Assembly: GCA_964248365.1 (NCBI GenBank)
Contig: CAXTYC010000024.1
Span: 1 to 64,000 of the forward strand
From: an uncultured Chroococcidiopsis sp.
Lineage (GTDB): Bacteria > Cyanobacteriota > Cyanobacteriia > Cyanobacteriales > Chroococcidiopsidaceae
Direction: 5' to 3'
DNA length: 64,000 nucleotides
The stretch's first letter is position 1; every line of letters begins with the position of its first letter. Positions 35,512-43,978 of this stretch are shown here, in pieces. Below the pieces are notes generated by a model. It saw only the letters and a list, made by a program, of their open reading frames with translations. It was not told the origin of the DNA and searched no databases. Made by a program: the position numbers and the translations under genes.

Positions 35512-36131
35512 AATTGTTTTAAATAATCGCGCACCTGAAAAAAATCGTTCCAAGGAATGTAGGGCTTTTGTTGTTCATCGAGATATTCTGCTAGGCGATC
35601 GCGCGCAAAAACAACAGGTGTTTCAAGAGCCATGTTAAGATCAGTAATTGAGTCACCAATAGCAATTTTCTCATCAGCTCGATATTGTGCCATCACTTGC
35701 ACCTTATTAACCAGTTCCGTACCCCCCTCATATTCAGATACCACCCGTAAATGAGAGCCATTGGTATCAACATCAACAGCATGGATAGCATGAATTCTTG
35801 GCAATAAGCTTGCTAAGACAACTTCAACTATCCCTCTTAATCCGCCAGAAATCACTACTATAGGCACTTGCTCAGACTCTAGCCAGTTTAGCAATTCTAT
35901 AAATCCTGGTCGAATTGGCTGGAATTTTGTAAATTCGATCATTTTGGGGTATGATGCCGACGGTATCGACTCTAAAATTTGCCGAACTCCTTGGCGCAAA
36001 GTTAATTGCTGCGCATACATTTGAGGAATTATTCTCGCTGAAATTTCCGGCGCAAATCGTTTTAGTACGGCAACAAAAGTTTCTTCTGCTGTAATTGTGC
36101 CATCAAAGTCGCAAAAAATAATTCGCTTCAC
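35508..36131 (-). CDS. mtnX: HAD-IB phosphatase (HK-MTPenyl-1-P phosphatase)
   Basis: CDFDGTIT, ISGG and IGDSITD motifs; operon context. Confidence 0.88.
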   Translation of the reverse strand: MKRIIFCDFDGTITAEETFVAVLKRFAPEISARIIPQMYAQQLTLRQGVRQILESIPSASYPKMIEFTKFQPIRPGFIELLNWLESEQVPIVVISGGLRGIVEVVLASLLPRIHAIHAVDVDTNGSHLRVVSEYEGGTELVNKVQVMAQYRADEKIAIGDSITDLNMALETPVVFARDRLAEYLDEQQKPYIPWNDFFQVRDYLKQL

Positions 36132-36359
36132 TTCCGCCCTCAAATTCAGTAGATTAGTAATTTTAAGCTGATGTACCTTTAATTTGTAGTGATGATATGC
36201 AAGAGGTCCAGAGGCAATTTTTATATGCAATAGCTTAGTACTAAAAATCGGCGTTGCACAATATGTTAATAATCTTCCTTAAATCTTCCTTTAGATATTA
36301 AATTAGCCTTGGTTTTTCTTAGCGCCTTTGCGCCTTTGCGTGACACTTCCCATTCAAAT

Positions 36360-37466
36360 TTATCTGGTTCCACTAGTTCCACTAAAACGCGCCAATGCTT
36401 CAAAGAACGCCTTGACACCTGCTGCTGCACCATCGGGATGATCCATAATACCAGTGCCAGAGTTGAGAATTACATCTTTACCGTAGTCGGCTAGTACTTG
36501 GGGAACTATACCAGGATGAATGCCAGCTGAAGGAACGGGAAAGACATGACGCGATCGCAACTCATCCCGAATTTTAGCTTCCTGGGCAGCCTCAAAGGGC
36601 AAACTACCATAGTGCGCCGGATAAAGTACAGCATCCGCCCCAGCCCTCGCCATCAATGTACCCAAAATGACTGAATATGCAAAACCGTAATCTGGTGCTG
36701 CACACAGCGCCCCTGCTAACGCAGGATGAGCAAAGATTGGTACATTAATTTCCTGATCAGATGCCAAAGCTTCTAAAACAGAAAAGCCGTAGGAAAGTAC
36801 ATTTAGTAGCAGTGCATTTGCCCCTTCGCGCACGAGTAGACGCGCCCGCTCTTGTAACTTGTCGGCTCTACCCGTAACATTAACCGCATATAATACCTTT
36901 CTACCTTTTTGCTGCTGCAATTCCAGCACTTTTCGGCAAGCATGGAGACGTTCTAAAGTCGGTGCGACTTCAAGATCGCCCAAAATTTCATCATCTTTGA
37001 TAATATCAAGTCCCGCCTGGGTTACTTCTTGTAAAATTGCTGCGTGATCGGTGGCGGTTAATCCCAGTGCTGGTTTAAATATTGCCATCACCAGGGGACG
37101 ATCAAATACTCCCAAAATATTGCGAATTCCCCCAATTCCAAACTTGGGTTGTATTCCATAAGTTTCTGGTAGTCGCACCGCTATTACTTTTGCCGCACCT
37201 GCCATAGAATATTTGCCAAAGATCATCGTCAGCAAGCTGGAATTGTCGCCCTCTACATTTGCTAAAGGGAAGCCAATAGTAGCAATGCTATATCCATCAG
37301 ATTGGGTGTAAACTGATAGCACTTCACCTAGATGGGAGCGCAAAACATCTTCTCTATGGGCAAAGCGAGCATTCCAAGTACCAGCCGTTTGCCCAATAGC
37401 GATCGCCTTAGCCCCACGCCCTGCATCTGTACCTGGAGGAAAGCGGTAATCGACCTCTATTACCAT
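36360..37466 (-). CDS. mtnW: RuBisCO-like protein (form IV), DK-MTP-1-P enolase
   Basis: IFKP, IIKDDE, HPALAG and PSAGIHPG motifs; lies between mtnD and mtnX. Confidence 0.93.
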   Translation of the reverse strand: MVIEVDYRFPPGTDAGRGAKAIAIGQTAGTWNARFAHREDVLRSHLGEVLSVYTQSDGYSIATIGFPLANVEGDNSSLLTMIFGKYSMAGAAKVIAVRLPETYGIQPKFGIGGIRNILGVFDRPLVMAIFKPALGLTATDHAAILQEVTQAGLDIIKDDEILGDLEVAPTLERLHACRKVLELQQQKGRKVLYAVNVTGRADKLQERARLLVREGANALLLNVLSYGFSVLEALASDQEINVPIFAHPALAGALCAAPDYGFAYSVILGTLMARAGADAVLYPAHYGSLPFEAAQEAKIRDELRSRHVFPVPSAGIHPGIVPQVLADYGKDVILNSGTGIMDHPDGAAAGVKAFFEALARFSGTSGTR

Positions 37467-37469
37467 TTG

Positions 37470-38021
37470 CTATGCAACCACAACTGGACGAAAGTGAATT
37501 TCTTTACCTATGTATTCAGGTGTCCAGCCTTGAGTTCCACTGAAGTAACGTACTGCTTTAACTCGCCCTTCTGGAGTTAAATAAAACCAGTGTTCTGTTC
37601 CTGCTGGTACATTAATATATTCCTCTGGCTGCACTGTCAATTCCACTTGGCTTCCATCAGGTCGCACAAAGCCAAAAATTCCCTCACCGTCAACGATGTA
37701 ACGTACTTCGTCCTCAGCGTGAGTGTGGATTTGATTAAACTTAGCCAGCAGTGCATCAAGGTTAAGTAATGGATGCAACACGATTAAGTCACGGGATTGA
37801 TACCCTAGAGTGCGTTGCAGTTCCTCAAAGTAATTATCTAAAGCCGTAAGTACTTGTTCTTTCTCCTCCTCATTGAGGTTTTCCTGTGCCAGTAGAGAAT
37901 GCAACCGAGTATTATCCCCTATACACCAGTGCTTGATCTGAATATTCAGGGGAGCAAGTTCACGGGCAATATCAACAAGTTGGGTGTAAGTAGTACCGTC
38001 TTCAAGTCGTAAAATCGCCAT
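37470..38021 (-). CDS. mtnD: Acireductone dioxygenase
   Basis: HTHAEDEVRY and VPAGTEHWF cupin motifs. Confidence 0.93.
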   Translation of the reverse strand: MAILRLEDGTTYTQLVDIARELAPLNIQIKHWCIGDNTRLHSLLAQENLNEEEKEQVLTALDNYFEELQRTLGYQSRDLIVLHPLLNLDALLAKFNQIHTHAEDEVRYIVDGEGIFGFVRPDGSQVELTVQPEEYINVPAGTEHWFYLTPEGRVKAVRYFSGTQGWTPEYIGKEIHFRPVVVA

Positions 38022-38133
38022 ATCAGTTATCAGTTATCAGTTATCAGTTATCAATTTCGGTCAGAGGTTTACTGTTCACTGTTCACTGGACAAGAGTCAT
38101 TGGTGTTAAACAAATGACAAAAAACAAAATATA

Positions 38134-39015
38134 TCATGCAGTTTTGTTAGTTAGTTTAACCCAGCTAAAAACAGTTACAAATAGCAAAAACTGTAGAAGT
38201 ACAATGCTAGGACCAGAAGCGAAGTTGAAAAGACCAGATACCAGCATTCCTGCCATACTACTTATCACCCCTAAGATCATTGATGTTGCTAGAAAGCGAC
38301 TGAAGTGATGACTCAGTAGCTTAGCAGTAGTTGCCGGAATTACCAAAAACGCATTTACCAATAAAACACCTACAGCTTTAATTGCTACGGCAACAGCAAG
38401 GGACAGTAGTACAACAAAGACGTAGCGATATAATCCAACCGGAATGCCTTGTACTAGTGCTACAGATGGATTGAGCGTTAGCAAAATTTGCTGGCGTAGG
38501 GTTGACAGCAAAAAAACGCTGCCAGCCATAAGCACAAGCAGAGTTAAAATCAGATCGGTCTGGTCGATCGCTAGAATATCACCGAACAGCACCCCCATCA
38601 AGTTGCCGCGATAACCTTGGATTAAACTAGTCAGAATCACACCGAATGCCAATGCTCCAGACAATACAACACTTAGAACACTGTCACTTGCCAAATGGGA
38701 GGAGTCAATTAGGTAAAGGACGACTAAGCCAAAGACTAAAGTAAAAGGTAGCAGCATCCAAGTTGGATTTAACTCAAGCAAAACCCCCAAAGCCACCCCC
38801 ACTAAAGCAGCATGACCCACAGCATGACTAAAAAAAGATAATTGCCGCAAAGTCACAAAAGTGCCAAGTAAGCCGCCGAGTAATCCCATTAACACAGCAC
38901 CTGCGATCGCACGCTGCATAAAGGGAAACTGTAGCAGATTCACCAGATTATCAATGCCAGTCGTGGCAAGCGTACTGCAAGAATAATTGAACAAATTCAT
39001 ACTTGATTGGGTCAT
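38134..39015 (-). CDS. znuB: Zn/Mn ABC transporter permease
   Basis: LSFFSHAVGHAAL, LFGDILAI and AIKAVGVLLV motifs. Confidence 0.88.
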   Translation of the reverse strand: MTQSSMNLFNYSCSTLATTGIDNLVNLLQFPFMQRAIAGAVLMGLLGGLLGTFVTLRQLSFFSHAVGHAALVGVALGVLLELNPTWMLLPFTLVFGLVVLYLIDSSHLASDSVLSVVLSGALAFGVILTSLIQGYRGNLMGVLFGDILAIDQTDLILTLLVLMAGSVFLLSTLRQQILLTLNPSVALVQGIPVGLYRYVFVVLLSLAVAVAIKAVGVLLVNAFLVIPATTAKLLSHHFSRFLATSMILGVISSMAGMLVSGLFNFASGPSIVLLQFLLFVTVFSWVKLTNKTA

Positions 39016-39089
39016 ATCATCAACCCACGCTATACTTGGGGTGTTGCGAAGATTCAACAAAAGCAAAAATTCAAAAACCGATTTCTCAA

Positions 39090-39518
39090 ATGTCAGTTTA
39101 CTCTGCTGCTAATCAGGCTAAAACTAATTCAAATCAAAAGGCAGAGCGTCTTAATTGTAATCCGCCCCACCCTGTTGATGTAGATGGGGTTTCTCACATA
39201 CAAAGTCATATCCTCAATACCGAAAAAGCTCAGCGGATGGCTGAGTTTTTTAGCCTTTTAGGAGATGCCAACCGCTTACGAATTCTCTCTGTATTGGCAC
39301 AAAAGGAACTTTGTGTTTGCGACTTGGCAGCTGCATTGGACATGAGTGAATCAGCTGTTTCCCATCAGTTGCGGACATTACGGGCAATACGACTTGTCAG
39401 CTACCGCAAGCAGGGACGCAATGTTTTCTATCACCTCCAAGATAGTCATGTCTTAAGTCTTTATCAATCCGTCGCCGAACACCTTGATGAGCAAGAGGGG
39501 CTAGAGGCTAGGGGCTAG
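39090..39518 (+). CDS. smtB: ArsR/SmtB-family metal-sensing repressor
   Basis: ELCVCDLA alpha3 site, SAVSHQLRTLR, and DSH...EHLDE alpha5 site. Confidence 0.85.
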   Translation: MSVYSAANQAKTNSNQKAERLNCNPPHPVDVDGVSHIQSHILNTEKAQRMAEFFSLLGDANRLRILSVLAQKELCVCDLAAALDMSESAVSHQLRTLRAIRLVSYRKQGRNVFYHLQDSHVLSLYQSVAEHLDEQEGLEARG

Positions 39519-39723
39519 AGGCTAGAGGTTAGAGGCTAGAGGCTAGAGGCTGGAGGCTAGGCGCTAGAGGCTAGAGGCTGGAGGAAGCGCGAAAAAGTTT
39601 AAGGGAAAAGAGGATTTTGGAGCTATAGATTTTGGAGCCTTGGATTAGAATTTCTCCTCTGCCCCTGAAGCCCCTGAAGCCCCTGAAGCTCCCCCTAGCC
39701 CCTAGCCCCTAGCCCCCAGCCCC
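39497..39723. repeat. Heptamer STRR tracts (GGCTAGA and its complement)
   Basis: Inverted arrays between the convergent smtB and znuC. Confidence 0.8.
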
Positions 39724-40496
39724 TAGTTATGGTGATGATGGTAGCGGCTGAAGCTTGGACCATAGGTAGCTAGAAGGTTTTGGGGAGAAAGAGCAGTATC
39801 AGGTGTGCCAGTGCAAACAACTGTTTGGTTGAGGCACAGGACGCGATCGCAATGGCGGCTAACCATGTCAACATCATGGGAAATCTGCAACACTGTCCAA
39901 CCTTCCTCGCTTTTAAGTTGATGCAGCAAGGCATAAAAATCAGCTGCACCTTGCATATCTACACCTGCAAATGCTTCATCTAATACCAATAGTTGACGAG
40001 GCATTACCAAGCAGTAAGCTAGTAACACTCGCTTTAATTCGCCTCCGCTGAGGCTACCGACTGCTTGATGTCTAAGATGGTAGGCATTCACTCGCTCTAA
40101 TGCCAGTGCGATCGCCGCTTGCTTGTTTCTTACCCCTCGAAGCTCCACATATCCCAGCCCCACCAACTCGCCCACACAGATAGGAAAGCTGCGGTCAAAG
40201 ATAAAATTTTGCGGCATATAGCCTATTTGATGGGATAAATCCCCCAACCGTTTGATTGGGCGACCAAAAATTTCAATTCTCCCTGATGTGTGTGGTATTA
40301 TACCTAAAAGGGCTTGCACCAGGGTACTTTTCCCCGCTCCATTTGGACCTACTACAGCTGTATCTGTCCCTGGTAACAATTCAAACGAAACATCTCGGAC
40401 AGCTAAATATTTGTTGTGATAAACTGTTAAACCCTCTACCTTCAGGATCGGGTATTGGCTGTTAAATAATTCATTTGGCATCACGACTACCGACAA
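39723..40496 (-). CDS. znuC: Zn/Mn ABC transporter ATPase
   Basis: GPNGAGKST, LSGGELKR and a C-terminal His tract. Confidence 0.9.
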   Translation of the reverse strand: MSVVVMPNELFNSQYPILKVEGLTVYHNKYLAVRDVSFELLPGTDTAVVGPNGAGKSTLVQALLGIIPHTSGRIEIFGRPIKRLGDLSHQIGYMPQNFIFDRSFPICVGELVGLGYVELRGVRNKQAAIALALERVNAYHLRHQAVGSLSGGELKRVLLAYCLVMPRQLLVLDEAFAGVDMQGAADFYALLHQLKSEEGWTVLQISHDVDMVSRHCDRVLCLNQTVVCTGTPDTALSPQNLLATYGPSFSRYHHHHN

Positions 40497-41482
40497 GCTG
40501 ATTCTAAAGTTTGCAGATTGGCTTTCATCGCCGTGAAGTAATGCTGCGGATCGGTTGACCCTTTTTCCAAGGAATCTAAAGGACGTAGGGTTAAATTCAA
40601 ATCTTGGGAAAGACTTTTAAGCAACTTATTATCCACTCCTGGTTCTCCAAATAATGCCTTGACTTTGTACTGTTTCACAGCCGCTATAGCTCTTTGCACG
40701 TCTTGGGGTGACAATTGATCTTCTGGAATTTCTACTACGGCAACTTGCTTGAGTTGATAGCGTTTAGCTAGGTAAGGATAAGCGTCATGGAAGGTAACGA
40801 AAGTGCAGTTAGGATACTGTTGTAGCCTCTGCTTAAACTCTTTGTCTAAAGCCTGCAACTGCTGGATATAAGCCGTTGCATTCGCCTGGTAAGTTGCTTT
40901 GTTTTTCCCATCGGCTGCTATCAAGCCGTCACGAATATTTGCCACCTGCTGTTTTGCTAGAAGTGGATCAAGCCAAACGTGAGGATTACCAGCTTTATGT
41001 TCGTGTTGTGCCTCTAAAGCAGTGTTTACAACGGGTGAAATTGCCTCTAAAGCTTGAATTCCCGAACTTGCATCAATTTGTTTGAGTTGAGAATTTCCGG
41101 CATTTTTGACAGTATCATCGAGAAATTCCTCCAACCCTAAGCCATTTTTAACTAATACATTAGCCGTTGCGATCGCACTCACATTTGCTGGTGTCGCTTG
41201 GTATTCATGTACTTCTGTTCCTGGTGGCACTAAAATTTCTACCTTCGCGGATTCTCCCGCCACTGCTTTGGTAAACCAATACATCGGCAAAAAAGTAGTT
41301 ACTACTTCGAGTTGCTTTGATGGTGATGCTGTTTCCCCCGCCCCAGATGTAGGCGACGAATTTGATGAATTGCAGCCAGTGGTAGCTGACAACACTAGTA
41401 TTGGCAGTAGGGCTATCCTCTGCCTACCCGCTTGATGCCAACTCTTGCGGCTCAAATTTCTCCTTTGATTGGCGATCGCCAT
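40487..41482 (-). CDS. znuA: Zn/Mn ABC transporter substrate-binding lipoprotein
   Basis: Lipobox TTGC, PGTEVHEY, NPHVWLDP and TFHDAYPY motifs. Confidence 0.9.
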   Translation of the reverse strand: MAIANQRRNLSRKSWHQAGRQRIALLPILVLSATTGCNSSNSSPTSGAGETASPSKQLEVVTTFLPMYWFTKAVAGESAKVEILVPPGTEVHEYQATPANVSAIATANVLVKNGLGLEEFLDDTVKNAGNSQLKQIDASSGIQALEAISPVVNTALEAQHEHKAGNPHVWLDPLLAKQQVANIRDGLIAADGKNKATYQANATAYIQQLQALDKEFKQRLQQYPNCTFVTFHDAYPYLAKRYQLKQVAVVEIPEDQLSPQDVQRAIAAVKQYKVKALFGEPGVDNKLLKSLSQDLNLTLRPLDSLEKGSTDPQHYFTAMKANLQTLESACR

Positions 41483-41508
41483 CGCTGTTTTTTCACCCAC
41501 TCACCCCA

Positions 41509-41523
41509 TGATAATGAATATCA
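41509..41523. promoter_or_regulatory. Zur/Fur-type 7-1-7 box upstream of znuA
   Basis: TGATAATGAATATCA has one mismatch to TGATAATnATTATCA. Confidence 0.7.
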
Positions 41524-41567
41524 TTTTATCTAAAAATCAAATATATTCTTGCTTTATTTTTCTCTCC

Positions 41568-41823
41568 TACGGGGGATGTTTAATCATAAAATTTGAGGAA
41601 TAGAAGTTTACTTGTAAAGCTCGCCTGTACGAGTAGGGACTGGTTGTTTGAATCAGTTACCAGTTACCAGTTACCAACTACCAACTACCAGTTCTATTAC
41701 TGACATTCAATTATCTTGTGAGTTAAGGTATTGTAGCGAACAATGTTTATTAGTACATTAGTACTATAATACGCCAAAAGCTTCGCTACTTTTACCTATC
41801 AAGTATGTCCGAGCAGCCCCGTA
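41568..41823 (+). ncRNA. Candidate retron msr-msd region
   Basis: Short hairpins at 41620-41633 and 41639-41657; long hairpin AGGTA..GTAGCGAA / TTCGCTAC..TACCT at 41726-41797, directly upstream of the RT. Confidence 0.45.
41752..41770 (+). promoter_or_regulatory. Cyanobacterial LexA-box match overlapping a TATAAT -10 element
   Basis: AGTACATTAGTACT (41752-41765) fits RGTACNNNDGTWCB; TATAAT at 41765-41770. Confidence 0.5.
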
Positions 41824-43208
41824 CCCGCCAGGAACTTTACGATCGCATTCGTTCCACTTCCAAACAAGAATTTATCCTTGAAGAAATGATTCGCTTGGGA
41901 TTTTGGTCTGCACAAGGTCAAATTCCAGAAGATCCAGCAGATGAAATTCGGCGGATAGGAGAACTGCGACGAGAACTAGAGCAACTACGGCAGGAGAATG
42001 CCCGTCTTTTCAACGAAAAAGCCCTACGCAGGCAGTTACTAAAGCAACGACTAGCCGAATTGCGGCATAAGCAGCAGGAAACTAAGGAACGAAGAGAACG
42101 GGAAAGACTTGAAAGAGCAGCAGCTTGGCAACAAAGAAAACAGCAACAAATCCTTTATCTCGGTGAAAACGTCTCAGGTGGACTCAATCATACCAATTGC
42201 AATCAGGAGCGTTTAAATAGCTATGGCTTACCAGTTTTAGCCACAGCTGAACAAATTGCCACTGCGATGGGAATTAGTGTGGGACAACTGAGATTTTTGG
42301 CTTTTTCTCGCCAGACTTCTACCATAACCCACTATATTCGCTTCAAAATTCCCAAAAAAACAGGTGGAGAGCGGTTAATCTCAGCCCCCATGCCGCGCTT
42401 AAAAAATGCACAACATTGGATACTTGTCAATATATTAGAAAAACTGGAACTGCACGATGCGGCACATGGTTTTCGACGCGATCGCTCTATCGTTAGCAAT
42501 GCTCAACCCCATGTAGGGCGTGACATAATCATCAACTTTGACCTCAAAGACTTCTTTCCCTCAATTTCCTATCAACGAGTTAAAGGGCTATTCCAATCCT
42601 TTGGCTACACTGAAGCAGCAGCCACAATTTTCGCCTTGCTATGTACCCAACCAGAAATCGAAGAAGTAGAACTAGACGGCAAAACCTACTATGTAGCATT
42701 GACACAACGACATTTACCCCAAGGTTCCCCAGCTTCACCAGCCATTACCAACCTACTATGTCGCCGCCTAGATCGACGCTTAACTCTTATGGCTGAATCA
42801 CTAGGCTTTATTTATACCCGCTATGCAGACGACCTGACATTTTCTGCTTCTGGTGACAGCCTGCGACATATCTGCAATATCCTCAGACGCACCGAGTCAA
42901 TTGTGGCTCACGAAGGATTTACCATCAACGAACAAAAGACGAGAATCTTACGCAAAAATCGGCAACAAGAAGTCACAGGGATTGTAGTCAACACACATCC
43001 CAACATATCCAAAGAAACTCTTCATAGCTTCCGCGCCACCCTATATCAAATTGAAAAAGACGGAATAGAAGGTAAACGCTGGGGAAACTCTACCGATGTG
43101 ATAGCTGCAATTGCAGGCTTTGCTAATTTTGTTGCTATGGTTAATCCTGAAAAAGGAGCGAAGTTGCAACAGCAAGTCAAATTAATTAAAGACAAATACA
43201 GAACGTAG
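41805..43208 (+). CDS. Retron-type reverse transcriptase (Mx162-like, long charged N-terminal extension)
   Basis: IPKKTGGER, AAHGF, NAQPH (NAxxH), DLKDFF, LPQGSPASP, YADD and VTG motifs. Confidence 0.93.
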   Translation: MSEQPRTRQELYDRIRSTSKQEFILEEMIRLGFWSAQGQIPEDPADEIRRIGELRRELEQLRQENARLFNEKALRRQLLKQRLAELRHKQQETKERRERERLERAAAWQQRKQQQILYLGENVSGGLNHTNCNQERLNSYGLPVLATAEQIATAMGISVGQLRFLAFSRQTSTITHYIRFKIPKKTGGERLISAPMPRLKNAQHWILVNILEKLELHDAAHGFRRDRSIVSNAQPHVGRDIIINFDLKDFFPSISYQRVKGLFQSFGYTEAAATIFALLCTQPEIEEVELDGKTYYVALTQRHLPQGSPASPAITNLLCRRLDRRLTLMAESLGFIYTRYADDLTFSASGDSLRHICNILRRTESIVAHEGFTINEQKTRILRKNRQQEVTGIVVNTHPNISKETLHSFRATLYQIEKDGIEGKRWGNSTDVIAAIAGFANFVAMVNPEKGAKLQQQVKLIKDKYRT

Positions 43209-43249
43209 TGCTTTGCCTCGCTCTCAAGCTGAGCCTGGGAGCAAGAATA

Positions 43250-43943
43250 TCTCATCATCGTCAGCACTCTTTCAGCCCATTCGAGCAGTTCTGAATTTAT
43301 CCCTTGAGGTTGGCGATCAAATTGAATACCATGCTCTGCCAACACGGTTAGAGCGTGGGACGATATGGAAGTACCCTTAAACTTTTGACACTCCCACCGA
43401 GCCTTCGGGGGATTCTTCATTCAACAAGTCCACTTAGTTTAAACCCCTTGCGGTATCTAAACCAGAGGTGGTTCTCTCCTGAAGCGTTAACTTTCGGTCT
43501 GCCCGACCGTAGTTGCATTACTGCAAAACTTTGCTTGATTTAGCTACAAAGCTAAGTACTGTTCGTTTGGTGTGGGTGAATCTTTTACCTACTTTCAGGA
43601 GCTACTATTGTAGCAACCGGAACAACAAAGTAGAACCAGCTAGATTCAATTACCAAGGTGCAGCGCGTTAACCGTTTAGGTTACTAGGTTTTTTGAGAGG
43701 TTAATTACCTTGCCTGTGTGCCAAAATATACAACATAATCGGGTAGGAACGCAAGCCCCTGCCCGATATTCATCCCCCGATCCTTCGGGGTCTTCTATCG
43801 GTTGAAAGATAAAGTCCAGCCGATCGCACCTGAATTTCACCGCAGCTCTGGTCTAACCTATTTTCTTCAATCTTGTGCTGAAATAGCGCCTCTGCCATTG
43901 GGTTACGACAAGTGTTACCAGTACAAACAAATAGAACTCGCAT
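43250..43943 (-). pseudogene. Low-molecular-weight protein Tyr/Arg phosphatase, split by an IS derivative and 3'-truncated
   Basis: 43943-43809 encodes MRVLFVCTGNTCRNPMAEALF...VRSAGLY. After the insert it continues KFKGTSISSHALTVLAEHGI...LLEWAERVLTM. No DP loop follows. Confidence 0.85.
43385..43808 (-). mobile_element. Non-autonomous IS200/IS605 derivative lacking tnpA and tnpB, with an omegaRNA-like right end
   Basis: Inserted 3' of TTTAT with no target duplication; subterminal hairpins at both ends; right end terminates in TCAA; TnpB-tail-like ACGGTCGGGCAGACCGAAAGTTAACGCT segment. Confidence 0.8.
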
Positions 43944-43978
43944 TTAGCAATTGGTAATTGGTGATTGGTAATTGGTAG

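Noticed and set aside
36360..37466. RuBisCO-like gene as carboxysomal rbcL
   Set aside because: It has form IV features and sits in the mtn operon; no rbcS or rbcX is adjacent.
39497..39723. Tandem repeats as a CRISPR array
   Set aside because: These are 7-9 nt units without unique spacers, i.e. ordinary STRRs; no CRISPR array was seen in the window.
41805..43208. RT as a group II intron, DGR or CRISPR-associated RT
   Set aside because: No maturase/X domain, intron domain V, template/variable repeat pair or cas1 nearby; motifs are retron-type.
43385..43808. Insert as an IStron (self-splicing group I intron)
   Set aside because: It ends in TCAA rather than a terminal G, and no group I core was recognisable.
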